A stretch of DNA of 64,000 nucleotides from an uncultured virus (IMG/VR IMGVR_UViG_3300028299_000005) (Duplodnaviria; Heunggongvirae; Uroviricota; Caudoviricetes), in the IMG/VR virus record IMGVR_UViG_3300028299_000005; one strand, written 5' to 3'. Numbering within the stretch: the first letter of the stretch is position 1; every line of letters starts with the position of its first letter. The notes beneath the pieces were generated by a model. It searched no databases. It was not told where the DNA came from and saw only the letters and a list, made by a program, of their open reading frames with translations. Shown in pieces: positions 40,098 to 51,855 of this stretch. The translations under genes and the position numbers were made by a program.

Positions 40098-40439
40098 CTA
40101 TTTTACTGCTAAAGTAACTGCTTGGAATTCTTTTGCAATCGGTAAGATTACGGAAAGAACGCCGTTTTCAAGTTTTACAAGATTGTCTGAGTTTGAAAAA
40201 TCATATTGTTTTTCATTTTCAATATCAAAAAAATTTGTAAATCCTGGAGCAAATGCTCCTTTACCTGCTTCTTTACGGGGTTTCCCAGAAACAGCTACGC
40301 CATTTTTTTGTACTTTAACAGAAATATCTTCTGCTAAATATCCCGGAGCCGCAATCTCAAGTAATAATTGAGTGTCATCTTTTTTATAAATAACATATTG
40401 TGCTTCCTGGTGGGTTGGCGCATCATGCATTATTCGCAT
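40098..40439 (-). CDS. Small heat-shock protein (Hsp20)
   Basis: LEIAAPGY.AEDISV...LENGVLSVILP. Confidence 0.8.
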   Translation of the reverse strand: MRIMHDAPTHQEAQYVIYKKDDTQLLLEIAAPGYLAEDISVKVQKNGVAVSGKPRKEAGKGAFAPGFTNFFDIENEKQYDFSNSDNLVKLENGVLSVILPIAKEFQAVTLAVK

Positions 40440-40499
40440 TTTGTTGTATGGTTTCTATTTATTGGCCAACAAATTAAAGTTATTTTAACTTTAACCGTT

Positions 40500-40850
40500 T
40501 TATATTCGTGCTTGCCATTCATTAAGCATACGCGGAAAACTTTTGCCTTCTCTGTATTCTTCGTTTTGAATGACACGAATGATTTTATTAAGTCCAAAAG
40601 CCACACCCATATCAAAAAAAGTGCCTTGACTTTTGGATGTAAAAAATATGTGTATTTCGTCTGCTTCTCGTATGGCATTTGTATTTTGTGTACAAATTTC
40701 TAAGCCCGTTGCATCTTGTTTTGTATCGCGATGCGGTAAGTGAACTATATGTCCGTCACTTTCTAAAATTTTAGTATAAGACTCTAACCTGTCACGTTCA
40801 TCAACTGTAGCATGTCGTACAGAACATATTATATATATCTTTTTTGACAT
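40500..40850 (-). CDS. Nucleoside 2-deoxyribosyltransferase-like protein
   Basis: KIYII...VHLPHRD...AIREAD...SQGTFFDMGVAF. Confidence 0.65.
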   Translation of the reverse strand: MSKKIYIICSVRHATVDERDRLESYTKILESDGHIVHLPHRDTKQDATGLEICTQNTNAIREADEIHIFFTSKSQGTFFDMGVAFGLNKIIRVIQNEEYREGKSFPRMLNEWQARI

Positions 40851-41359
40851 TTAATTTTCTGGTTATAAAAATCTTTTAATATATGTCTTTACAAAGTAAT
40901 AACTTTTGACATAATATTTCTGCACCCTCAAGCGTAACTTTAAATTGATGATGTCTTTTTAAAAAACATTCTCTTTCTGTTTGTAATAAAAATTTTTTAA
41001 TTGCTGAAACGCCTCCTTGTTCATATATATTAACGAGTTTTATTGTTAGGTCGACCTGAACGTATTTTTTCATGTTTAATAGTTTTTGGTTTACGTTTTT
41101 TTAGCTGTGCTTTTAAAACTATATGTACTGCCGGAGAGGCCGTATACTTGACTTTTTCTCCATTAACTAGTATCCAACCACGTCGTCTACTTTTTGATAT
41201 CTGACGTGATGTAGTCTTCTTTTGCTCTGCCAGTTCTGAATTTGTTGTCATATATCTCCTTATAATAAAATTAAAAATGGTTGCTTGATAAAACTCTTAT
41301 ACCAAAAAGACCAACATAATATCAACCTTTTTTGAATTTAATTTTTTCAGTTTTCTTTA

Positions 41360-42118
41360 TTAGGCACGCGTACCACACTGTCCACAAAAACGATTGCCTT
41401 TTCGCAAACGTGTGCCACATTGTGTACAATATGTACGTAAATCTTTTGCTGTATATACTTTTGCACTAATAGGTAATAAATGATATGTATATGTAACAGC
41501 AGTAAAAGATTCAAAATCTTTATAGACTGTCTGAAATTTTTGATCAGATTCCCGACCACTCTCAATGCGCCCCGTTTCAATACTTTTTTGTGTTTTCCTA
41601 GATCCGTCAGAGCTTACATTTTCTGATAAGTTACTATTTGTTGCGGAAAAAAAACAAAATTGATCCGAGATATTACTGACTTGGTAATATGGTCCTGTTC
41701 TCCAAGGATTCCAAGGATCCCAAGGCTGTAGTTGAGGCCCCTTATTTATATATGTATTATAATCAATAAAAATCTGATTATAGTTTATTTTAGACTTTTC
41801 TTGATAAAATAATATCCTAACTAAACCATTCTTTTGAATAGCTTTTTTAGCTGCCTTTGTGTCTGACACATTATATGTTTCAAAAAGAAACTTTTTTTGT
41901 TCATCAATAAAACGATCTAAATAAAAATGTTGACCGGGATTTAACACAAGCCCTGCAATACTAATAGGCTTTCCATTTAGCTCTATCATTGCTTTAAATA
42001 CATCTTGTGTTGGATTTTGTAATTCGATTTGAAATTCCGTTTGATCTTTTAAATAAACGTTACCGGAATATTTTTTTAAACGATGGCCATTTATGGCAAT
42101 CTCTGCAATAGGATTCAT
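41360..42118 (-). CDS. Hypothetical protein with C-terminal zinc ribbon
   Basis: YCTQCG...FCGQCG. Confidence 0.75.
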   Translation of the reverse strand: MNPIAEIAINGHRLKKYSGNVYLKDQTEFQIELQNPTQDVFKAMIELNGKPISIAGLVLNPGQHFYLDRFIDEQKKFLFETYNVSDTKAAKKAIQKNGLVRILFYQEKSKINYNQIFIDYNTYINKGPQLQPWDPWNPWRTGPYYQVSNISDQFCFFSATNSNLSENVSSDGSRKTQKSIETGRIESGRESDQKFQTVYKDFESFTAVTYTYHLLPISAKVYTAKDLRTYCTQCGTRLRKGNRFCGQCGTRA

Positions 42119-42467
42119 AGATATTCTCCTGTTTTGTGTTATACTATTGAACCAATTTGCAGGTTTTAATCTTCCTACTCAAATGCCCTTATGACACTTG
42201 GCGCAATAACGCGAGTAATACTTAAATATAATAATTTTAAACTAAAAAAGCAAGTGATTTATTACTTGCTTTTTGGATTATCAACTTCATGCATTAAATC
42301 TACCAAAGATGTTTGACATTTTGTACATCTTAATTCAACAATTTGCACAAATTCATCTTTCGCTGTAGGTGATAATATTTTAGATAGTTTTTTTATCTTA
42401 TATACCGGTGCAAATTCATCGTTTCCGCAAGTGCACAAAAAATCTGTTGTTTTAGATAAATCTATCT

Positions 42468-43013
42468 TTACGGCATTATTGATGGAATATCATCTGTCTT
42501 TTTTGATTTAAAATCACGTATTTGTTTTAGAACTTGTATTTTTTCGTCAATTTGATGAGCATAGGACATATTCGGAACACCACCACCATTATATGAACCC
42601 CATATTGCTAACCAATTAGTTGGTCCATGCATTACTTTCCATTTTTCTAAATCTTTTATAGCTATTGATGCGGCGTAATCCATATGAGTAATTAATTCTA
42701 CTAATATTAAATTACGAGTAAGATCATTTACTGGTTGATCTTCTTCCTTTAATAAATAATCTAGGTGTTTATGCCAATAACCACCACTTGGGTCTGAAAT
42801 ATTAAAAGGTACAACTTTTTTTCCAACAAATGATTCTTGCCACATAATTGCTGCCATACTATATCCCATATTAAATTCATCTCCATAGGCATATGCTTTT
42901 TTCAATAATACTTTTTGTTGAAGTGTAAGAACATTATAGCTTATTTTGGGCTCAACGCCAAGAACTACTGATAGAAAGAGTAGAAATAGCAACAGGTTCT
43001 TTATTCGTTTCAT
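42468..43013 (-). CDS. Secreted lysozyme/transglycosylase-like protein
   Basis: Signal peptide; AAIMWQES catalytic-Glu motif; SYNGG. Confidence 0.7.
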   Translation of the reverse strand: MKRIKNLLLFLLFLSVVLGVEPKISYNVLTLQQKVLLKKAYAYGDEFNMGYSMAAIMWQESFVGKKVVPFNISDPSGGYWHKHLDYLLKEEDQPVNDLTRNLILVELITHMDYAASIAIKDLEKWKVMHGPTNWLAIWGSYNGGGVPNMSYAHQIDEKIQVLKQIRDFKSKKTDDIPSIMP

Positions 43014-43465
43014 TTTTATCCTCTTTTAAATAACTAAATATCGTCGCATTCAATTATATCATGTTCCGCAAAAGGTCCAACAAAAATAGGTCTATCTTGC
43101 ACTGGAACCAGCTGCAACACTTCGTCTATTTCTTCCAAAACACAAATAGTTAGACGATCTTCAAGCGGAACACCGAGCTGATCCAGTATGTCTGAAAGTT
43201 TTTGAGAAGAAAAACAAAACAACTCTTTTTGTTCAGTCATTAATAAATCATCAGGAAGCGGAACTTCGCAATTGTAATAATCCATATCTTTCGCATCATC
43301 TAAATGTGCAGCAATGGTATTTTGCATTAAATCTAAAAGATCCGGACTTTCTACAATTACTCCAAAACCCATATTATATCTTCTGTTCATTTTTGTTCCT
43401 ATAAGTAAGGTTAATCAAATAGATCTAAACCAATCTAGATCTCCTTTTTCTTATACCACAAGTAT

Positions 43466-44170
43466 TTACTTTATACTGGCTACCAAAAGGTCAATTTCTC
43501 TTTTTAAATATGGAAGTTCATACTCAGTAAATATATCATTTTGAAGATGTATTATTGCTTGAGTTTTTATATTTTTTCCGTAGTAGTTTTCTAATATATG
43601 TCTATAAATTCCTAATTGAAATACATAATGCCAATAGTTACTATCTGGAATATTTTTTGAAAAAATAGAAATACCTTTTTTATTTCTAAAAGCTGTCTGT
43701 ACTATTTTTTCATTCGTTTTCCAGTCTATAATTATAAAAACCTTTGTAATAACATTGTATATTAATAAATCAATAGTTCCAGAAATACCGAGCTCTTCGC
43801 TGTAAATAATAACTTCAGGATACCAATCATATTTATCTTGATCAAACTGATTTATCCATTTTACGCCCTGGTGTGCTTTTATTTCCGTAACGGGTATTCT
43901 ATTTTTAATATATGCTTCTAATTCATTATGAACTTTAGTACCGTCTGTACCAGATTTATCCCACAACGCCATCAATTCTTCTTTTGTAAAAGAAGCATAC
44001 TTAGGTGAGACGGCCACCAAATTAGCAGCAATCTTTTCTTTTTCAAAAGGTGCAAAAAGACTATGCACAATAGTAGTGGTACTTATAAATTTAGCAGTGG
44101 GTTTAGATTTTAATGTATAAGTATGTGTATCACGATTTAATGAAATATCTTTAGAAAATAGTACATTCAT
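43466..44170 (-). CDS. PD-(D/E)XK (Cas4/RecB-like) nuclease
   Basis: HTY...STTT...GTKVH...E...GTIDLL...IDWKT...QLGIY. Confidence 0.85.
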   Translation of the reverse strand: MNVLFSKDISLNRDTHTYTLKSKPTAKFISTTTIVHSLFAPFEKEKIAANLVAVSPKYASFTKEELMALWDKSGTDGTKVHNELEAYIKNRIPVTEIKAHQGVKWINQFDQDKYDWYPEVIIYSEELGISGTIDLLIYNVITKVFIIIDWKTNEKIVQTAFRNKKGISIFSKNIPDSNYWHYVFQLGIYRHILENYYGKNIKTQAIIHLQNDIFTEYELPYLKREIDLLVASIK

Positions 44171-44781
44171 TATTCAATAATGTCTATCAACTCGTATTTT
44201 AAACATGTTCCCGCATCTAAAATTAGATCATGTTTTAACAAATCTATTAATTCTTTCTCGGGAAATTTACAATGCTTAATATATATTTCTTTAATATTAT
44301 TCATTAACTTATCTAAATTTTTCATATGATCCTGAATCTCATCATATTTTCCTACATTATCTGATGATAACTGGTGAATGAGCATATAAGAATATTTACC
44401 CATCTGTCTCTTATTTCCTACAACAGAAAGCAGTGTCGCCGCACTTGCAGCATAACCATCAATAGTAGTGTGTACCTTTACGCCAGATTTTTGAACTCTT
44501 TTTATTGTTTCAACAATTGCCAGGGCATCATACAAAAGGCCACCTGGACTATTAATATGTAAGTATATTGGGTCTGCTTGTTCTAGTTGTCTTGTAAGTT
44601 TCTCATGTATGTGTGTAATAGACATCTCTATCAATATTTTATTAAGATTTAAAGCGGATTCTTCATCTATCTTGGTGTAAAAGAATATTCTATTTGCAGT
44701 CTCGTCTATTCTCTTTCCTTCCTGTATTTCCGCTTTTTTTGTGTCACCCCAAAAAATACCGTGTGTATTTTTTTCTGTCAT
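44170..44781 (-). CDS. ClpP-like protease
   Basis: HINSPGG, AASAAT (catalytic Ser), LIHQ. Confidence 0.88.
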   Translation of the reverse strand: MTEKNTHGIFWGDTKKAEIQEGKRIDETANRIFFYTKIDEESALNLNKILIEMSITHIHEKLTRQLEQADPIYLHINSPGGLLYDALAIVETIKRVQKSGVKVHTTIDGYAASAATLLSVVGNKRQMGKYSYMLIHQLSSDNVGKYDEIQDHMKNLDKLMNNIKEIYIKHCKFPEKELIDLLKHDLILDAGTCLKYELIDIIE

Positions 44782-45009
44782 CTTTGTTCCTTTATTTAAT
44801 CATCGTTGTTATATATAAAATTTTTGCTCATATGGGCTTATAATTTATTATTTAAAATGTCTTATCTATTTTTTTAGATCATCTAATTGGAACAAGCCGA
44901 AATTTTTTAGATTCCAGCTTGCTATGATAATAATTCCAAACGATGTTATTTATACCGAAGAAATCTTAGTACAAGTTAGTGTGATTAATAGAACCAAAAT
45001 AAAAATAAT

Positions 45010-46550
45010 TTAAATTTCATTTTTTTTATGACATAATAAATATGTTTTTAAATATTCAATATCCATTTTAGTTGCGTCAACATATTTTTTAGTATTTTTA
45101 TCATAAAAAATTAAAGCTTTTCGAGCCCATTCCGCAACTTTTTTTATGTCCCATCCAACCATTTCGATTGTAGTTAAAACAACATAGTCTGGCTCTGCTT
45201 TTTGAATCATGCATTCACTGCATATTTTATAAGAAATAGCTGCAAGTTTTGAAGTCACTATTCCTAAACTAATATGATCATTACATATTTCACAAATATC
45301 TTCTTTTGTCATAAAATCGAGTATCTCCCAATTAAAAATTTCATTGAGTAAAACTTCGGCGGAAGCAAATTCTATTTCTACTGTTTTATTAGACCCTAGT
45401 TTAGGAATTAAAATTACTTTTACTTTTCCTTCAGAGATATTCTCTTTTGAAGTATACCAACCTTCCTCACCAGTAGAAGTTCGTACGCGTAAATTACTAA
45501 ATCGTACAGTTTCTTTTAATTCTTTAATCTTCATTCTCTTCTTCCCTTTCTTTCCAAAATATATTTTTAGGAATGTTTTTTATTTTTAAAATTTCTAGCA
45601 ACATGTGGCCCCTGACGTCTGCTTCAGTTTTGCCATGTGTTTCTAAGGAAATATCCTCATCTTTGTTTTGATAAGTGCAATACCATTGTGGAATAACTTC
45701 GCTATTAAAACGCCAAAATGTCTGCACTTCAGCGGGCAAAAGTTGTCCTAATTCACTACTTAAATAGGCCGAACAGAATTGCTTATGTTTTTTTGCAACT
45801 GCTGCCGACTCAATTGTTATATGACCCTCTAGGTAAGTTACCCAAAAAAACATAGTATTCATAGCAACATCCGCTTTTACTAAGTCATGGGAAAGTTCGT
45901 AATTAGTAACCTGACGGTCTAGGGATAGAATCATAATTTAGCCTCATTTATATGTTCATATTCTTTAATATAAGCCAAGAATTCAACATAAGTCAAGGTT
46001 TTTTTACCCTTGGAATTTCCAACCCATTTTACGAAAGTTCTCTTGAAAATTTACAGACGTGGATTTATTTTTCAATCTTTTAGTAGTAAAAAACGAACCT
46101 TTTGGATTTGTGATAGTAACTTCATGATAGTTATTTTTAGTTTCTGAAAAAATAGCTAAAAGCGCACCACGAGGTGTATGTTTTATATAAGTTATCATTA
46201 TTTAGTTTCCTCTATGTTACTGTATCAGACCATGCCTGATAAAAAAATTTATGTAATTGTGCACCACCGTTGCTTGGCACTGCTGTTGACCCTGCCATAC
46301 TAGTTATATAAGTACTATTGGCTGAACTTGTTATAATTCCACTTACTGTATAGGTTATAGAACTTGAAAAATTACTATTTCTTTGGCCCCAGCGTTCATC
46401 TGTGATTTCACCATTTTTCACGACCCGGCAATGCTCATGACCACATTTAGGACATGTTAATACATGCTGTCCTTCGAGGGCGTCATCAATTGAAAATTGT
46501 ACATATTGATTACATTCGTGACAATGTATTTCTTGTCTCCTTAATGCCAT
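45010..46550 (-). other. Four small hypothetical CDS (45010-45534, 45524-45934, 46004-46198, 46212-46550)
   Basis: Same-strand ORFs, two with CxxC pairs. Confidence 0.6.
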
Positions 46551-46690
46551 GCTTCCTCCTGAATTGTGTTTGTTTTTCCTTTTACATATTGATAGTCTCT
46601 AATCATTTCTACTCCAAAAATATTAATTTATCTTTTTACTTTAAATTTTTAACTTAAAATAAGGACATTGTCCTTATTTTTTTTTGATTT

Positions 46691-47782
46691 CTATTTAGGA
46701 TTTCGCTGCGAACATCCACGAAAAAATCCCATATTACGTTGTACTTCATAGTCATCAACAGCTTGCCAATACTCTTCAGCTATATTTAAATATACTGGTG
46801 TTAATACGCCAATAGTGGGACTTTTGTGTTGCCAATAACCGTCTTTAAAAGCTTCAACGCTGTAATAATATTCTGTGTTAGGCATTATTTCGCTATCTTT
46901 ATAAGACTGTTCATGAGCATAAAAGTTTTTCCATGTAATATGCAAGCCACCGCCATCTTTTGGCCAAGCCTTATTTAACCTGTATTCGGTTGAGCCTTCA
47001 ACATGTAGCCAAAATAACTGAATACTCTGTGTGATCTCATCATAAATATGTGCAATTACCATGTCTTCATATACGACTTGTGGTTTTGTACCGACTGCAT
47101 TACGAGTATTTCCACAGTTACTTGTCTGTGTAAACGTTTGATTTTTTAAAACCGTAGAAGGGTCTGGCTGCCAATTCGTATCTATACAAACCATTGCAGG
47201 CAAATAATTTTTTAATGCTTCCCATGCCACATCTGCCATAACCTGTTGTCCTTCAAGATTTATGTGCAAATTATCTGCTTGATAATGTTCTGGATGTAAG
47301 GCAGCTTTAAAGTTAATTAATTCCAGCCCTTTTTCTGAAGCAATACACAGTATTATTGCAATCGCTTCATCTATGTTCGCATTTCGTTCTATCTGAATTG
47401 CTTCCGGCATAACATATGGTATTATTCCTAAATATATTTTACCGGTAAAATAAGTAAGAAACTCTCTATAATCAGCTGCAAATTGTGTTGACGCTGTTCC
47501 TGCCCAGTTAAGAATTGATGTGTCATTTGTACCCAACAGGATAATAACATAGTCAGGGTTCCAGGCTTTTACTTCCACAAAATCTCCCGTGTTCCAATAG
47601 GTGTTCGGATGTGTTTTTCTCATTGTTGCCCCGGGAACACCAAACTCTTTTACCGTTGCTGTCGTTTTTTCATTTAAATAAATAGGATATGATGAATGTG
47701 TCAATGAATTGCCTATACAAGCAACTTTTTGTGCCTGCGTAACTACTACTAAAAGAAAAAACAACAAAAATGTTTTTTTCAT
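46691..47782 (-). CDS. Secreted SGNH/GDSL hydrolase with FN3-like C-terminus
   Basis: Signal peptide; IGNSLT, GVPG, LGTND, DNLH. Confidence 0.85.
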   Translation of the reverse strand: MKKTFLLFFLLVVVTQAQKVACIGNSLTHSSYPIYLNEKTTATVKEFGVPGATMRKTHPNTYWNTGDFVEVKAWNPDYVIILLGTNDTSILNWAGTASTQFAADYREFLTYFTGKIYLGIIPYVMPEAIQIERNANIDEAIAIILCIASEKGLELINFKAALHPEHYQADNLHINLEGQQVMADVAWEALKNYLPAMVCIDTNWQPDPSTVLKNQTFTQTSNCGNTRNAVGTKPQVVYEDMVIAHIYDEITQSIQLFWLHVEGSTEYRLNKAWPKDGGGLHITWKNFYAHEQSYKDSEIMPNTEYYYSVEAFKDGYWQHKSPTIGVLTPVYLNIAEEYWQAVDDYEVQRNMGFFRGCSQRNPK

Positions 47783-47829
47783 TTAAACTCCTTATTTAAC
47801 TATTTTTCTTATACCTAAAACATAAGTAC

Positions 47830-48144
47830 TTATTTTTTATCTAACTGATCCAACTCATCATCTAAAAAACCATCAATCGAAAAATAACATTTATTTACTT
47901 TACACCCATGATTGTGAAAACCTTCATAATCATCAATCAATACATCAGCATTTGGGCATATTTCAGAACTCTTTGATATAAACTCACATCCCATTAATTT
48001 TGCTATTGCAGGACCATATTCACTTGCCGACCAGAAAATTATATCATATGGAAATAATTCTCCGTATCGGGGGTGTGGTAAATATTGTCCATCTTGCATT
48101 ATCAAGAAGGTGCCGTCAATATCCAACAAAATCGTTTTTGTCAT
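47830..48144 (-). CDS. Minimal HAD-like protein
   Basis: LDIDGT...WSA...LIDD. Confidence 0.65.
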   Translation of the reverse strand: MTKTILLDIDGTFLIMQDGQYLPHPRYGELFPYDIIFWSASEYGPAIAKLMGCEFISKSSEICPNADVLIDDYEGFHNHGCKVNKCYFSIDGFLDDELDQLDKK

Positions 48145-48155
48145 ATCTATATCTC

Positions 48156-48677
48156 CTATAAATATTTTTTATATATCGCTTGCAAGGCTTCTGCATTACC
48201 TTTGGCATCATTAACCGGATTGTGATCATGCGGAGTTTGACGATACTTTCTTTTCCAATCTCTATTAGCGCGTAAGTCCTTTACAATGCCGCAGTATATG
48301 TCTCCAATGCGCCTTGCAGAAAAACCAAAAGGATTTTTAAGTGCGTGTCGGTCAAAGTAAAAATTAATCCATTGCCAATCAAAAGCAGGATTATCACTTA
48401 TAAAAGTAATTCTTTCTGTTCCAAACAAGCTAATTAACCAATCACGAAAAGCAACCATTACTAAAAATGGAGGTTCAAATGCTAAATGCTCTTCACGTGT
48501 AATTCCACATACTGCTAAAGCATGTTCGTTATAAATGTCAGAAATAGGTGCCGTCTGACCATAAAATGTTTTTGTAGTATCTTCTACCAATACCGCTCCA
48601 AAACAAACCATGCTACCACTAGCGGGTGATTGGTTGTCAGCTTCCACATCTACTACTATCCAGTTTTTCATATCCAT
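48156..48677 (-). CDS. DEDDh 3'-5' exoribonuclease
   Basis: VDVE...AFDW...HNPVNDA. Confidence 0.85.
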   Translation of the reverse strand: MDMKNWIVVDVEADNQSPASGSMVCFGAVLVEDTTKTFYGQTAPISDIYNEHALAVCGITREEHLAFEPPFLVMVAFRDWLISLFGTERITFISDNPAFDWQWINFYFDRHALKNPFGFSARRIGDIYCGIVKDLRANRDWKRKYRQTPHDHNPVNDAKGNAEALQAIYKKYL

Positions 48678-50414
48678 AATTTGTTTTGGTTATAGTATTG
48701 TTATATTGATATCAGCTATATGAAAAGAAGCTGCATAGAGCTTTAACCGTTTATCATATAACTGATATATTATGAATTCATCTGCAAGTTCATAGGCTCC
48801 AAAATCACCTGGATCTACAAATCCTAAATATTCATTATTTTCATCATGTCTTTGATTTAAATATACAAATTTATTTATTGCTTCTATATAGATCGAAAAT
48901 GTTTTTTGCTCATTTATCTGACCTATATAAAATTTACCGTCTTGCATAATCGCTTACCTTTAGGGAAATAATATCTTGCGCCATTTGATTTCGTAAGTCA
49001 AGCAACAATAACATATTCTTTAATTCAATAAGCGTAGTCTGCATTACAACTAGTTGATCAGTTATTTGCATAATTTCAGGACGAAGTACATGATCGGACG
49101 AAGTAAACTGTCGATTTTGATAGTCTCTTTGCATTTGCTCCGCCATTTTTATTAATCTGTTAGATGTCTGATCATTATCATAAATACGTTCTTGTACTTC
49201 TTGCAAAACTTTATCTATCTTTTCCATTTAAAGACTCCATTTCTACTTTCCCCAAGTTAATTTTAAAAGATCCATAAGCTCAACCAACTTTTGTTCGATT
49301 GCCTCCAATCTTTTATCTTGTGCCTCTACAACCGACATGCTCAAGGACTCTGCCGAAACCCCAATATCTATACTAGACTCAGTAACTTTAGACATTTTAT
49401 GCTCCGCCTCATTCAAACCAAAAGTTTCGTGGTTAATAATGTTCGTCATTTTTTGAAATAATCTTGATTTGCCCATACTTATCTTTATATACATAGTCTC
49501 CTATATCAGGATGCTCTTGGATAGATAAAGTGCTGCCATTATTTAATAATAATTCTGTCATATTTATATATTGAGAAATATCTACAATAGTTCCTATATA
49601 TGTATATCCAGATATGTCAGGTATAGAAACAGCACAACTTATAAATACAAAGACAATGCATAATAAAATATTTTGTATTAGTTGTTTTTTATTCATTATT
49701 TTTGTGCTTGTAATTTTTTAAACGCCTCATCCGGATCAATTTTAGCTCTTTTAAATCCGGCACGAGCGCAAAACTCATTTGGCTCGTCTATAGCTTGTAA
49801 TTGTTTATATTGCGGTAGTTTTTTTACTTGGGCCGCATACCCCTTTGCAAACTCTTGAGCTTGTTCTTCAGTATACTCTAACCGTTCAATAAAATCTACC
49901 CAAAATTCAAATGTATCTTCTATCTCTTTTAAAATATCAACTGTGCATTCCGACAAACTCATCAGCTTTTCCATCTTTTATTCCTTCTTGTATTAGTTTT
50001 AATTGCACAAAAGCAATCAAATTGTCTAATTGTTGTAAAACGCGCTCTGCGGGAGTTAAAAGTATACAATTTAAATATCCTTGCATCATCATAGTTTGTC
50101 CATCCCAATGCATGAATACCCCACCAGATCCTATAAAAGAAAAAGAATCAGAACGTATATAACTTCCCTGTTTAAGGATAGGATAATGTATATTAGCTTT
50201 CTCTTTAGAACACACTAAACATCACTATTCCATGTTTATCTTTTGCCAAATAAACTCTATCCTGGATACAAGCATTGCGCTCATCTAATGTTTTACACTC
50301 TTTAAAATAAGAACGTAATTCATAATTATCTAAGTCAATGCCTAGATAACGTATACCTTCCTTCCAGCCAAGAATAAAAGCGGCTTTTTCTTCGTTTGTC
50401 ATTTTATATTTTGA

Positions 50415-51855
50415 TTAACCCTTTATAACTGCTAAAGGTCTTAATTTTATTTTAATTTTTACAAGGTCTTTCTGTAATTCCATAACCTCATCTATATCTT
50501 TGTAAGCACTCGGTGCTTCATCTAATCTTGTTGCATCCATCTCATGAAGTATTCCTTGATCATTTAAAATCTTTTGTTCTTTTATAAGATCTAAGGTATC
50601 ATTTGCAACCCGCCTTCCCATCTTTCGTCCAGCGCCGTGTGAACAACTCTGAAAAGATTCCCTATTTCCTAGTCCTTCTACAATATATGAACTGGTGCCC
50701 ATTGATCCCGGAATAATTCCTAGTTCGCCCACATACGCCCGTGTAGCACCCTTTCGATGTACAAGCACATTAGCACCAAAATGATTTTCCCAAGCTGCGT
50801 AGTTGTGTGCCATATTAATTGTTTTATCTGCGTTGACAGTCATAGACGTTCCCATAACTTCTTGGATAGCTTCTAAGACCCTGCTCATCATAAGTGTTCT
50901 ATTAGCCAGTGCAAACTCTACGCAATAAGTCATTTCTTTATAATAGCTTATACCGTCTACGTCACTAATAGGTAAAAAAGAAAGGTCCCAAGATTTTGGA
51001 ACCTCTGAAAACCAAAGCTCATTTTTAGCTTTAGCTATTTTGTTATAGTGATCTGCTACCTGCTTACCTAAATTTCTACTGCCCGAATGAATCATGGCCC
51101 AAAGACGGTTTTGATCATCTGTTTGTAATTCTATGAAGTGATTCTATGTGTTACTGTTTTAATCAAATAATTTTTTTAAAACTGAACAGGCCATTTCTGC
51201 CTGTTTCTTAAGCTTTTATAGCTATTTATACCTAAGATCGGACTGTCGCTTTACCATTTTATAGTATCCTTTCACTCAGTCTCTCACGCTAGCTTTACCC
51301 TTGCGCCCTGTCGTCTTATAGCAAGACTTCCAAGTCAATTAGAAAAGATTTCAGAATTTTAGTTTATACTCCTGAACTGGGGGCAACCAATTTACCGCCT
51401 CCAAGAGTTCCAAGCTGCTTTAATGCTTTATTAAAATTGAGAATCACAATTTCATGACACGCCTGTGGTATAGGCATTCGCGCAGCACTTTGGTCTTTTT
51501 CGTGCCAGTTAAATCCTACAGGTATTAATTCTTTTATTCTGTTGGTTATAGCTTGAAGCATGCCTTTAGTTATACTGCTGGCAATGTTAACATTTGTTCT
51601 AACCGCAATCATGCCGCAGCCTATATCAAAACCAACCATTGCGGGGGATATAACTTTTTGTGTGGCACATACTCCACCAATAGGCATACCGAAGCCACAA
51701 TGTCCGTCACTATTTAATACTACATGTTTATAAACAAAAGGCAGCCTTGACAGCCGCTCTATTTGTTCTATAGTGAGTAAATCTTTATAATAATCCTCTT
51801 CGTGCAACCAAACTTTTATTGGAACACGACTTGCTTCTGGTTTATAGGTGAACAT
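50415..51855 (-). CDS. rtcB: RtcB RNA ligase, spliced join(51394-51855, 50415-51143)
   Basis: DGHCG, VGFDIGCG, GTLGGG|NHFIE, HSGSR, HNY, HRKGA, PGSMG, SHGAGR, DEAPSAYK. Confidence 0.93.
51144..51393 (-). mobile_element. ORF-less group I intron in rtcB
   Basis: Splits GGG|NH after U and ends in G; CGTGAGAGACTG (R) and GACAGTCCG (S) elements. Confidence 0.85.

Noticed and set aside
42262..42465. Possible zinc-ribbon ORF (CTCG...CTKC) on the minus strand
   Set aside because: Looks coding but has no canonical start after the upstream stop, so it is not called.
43466..44170. Cas4-like nuclease as part of a CRISPR system
   Set aside because: No other cas genes or array; stand-alone PD-(D/E)XK nucleases are common in phages.
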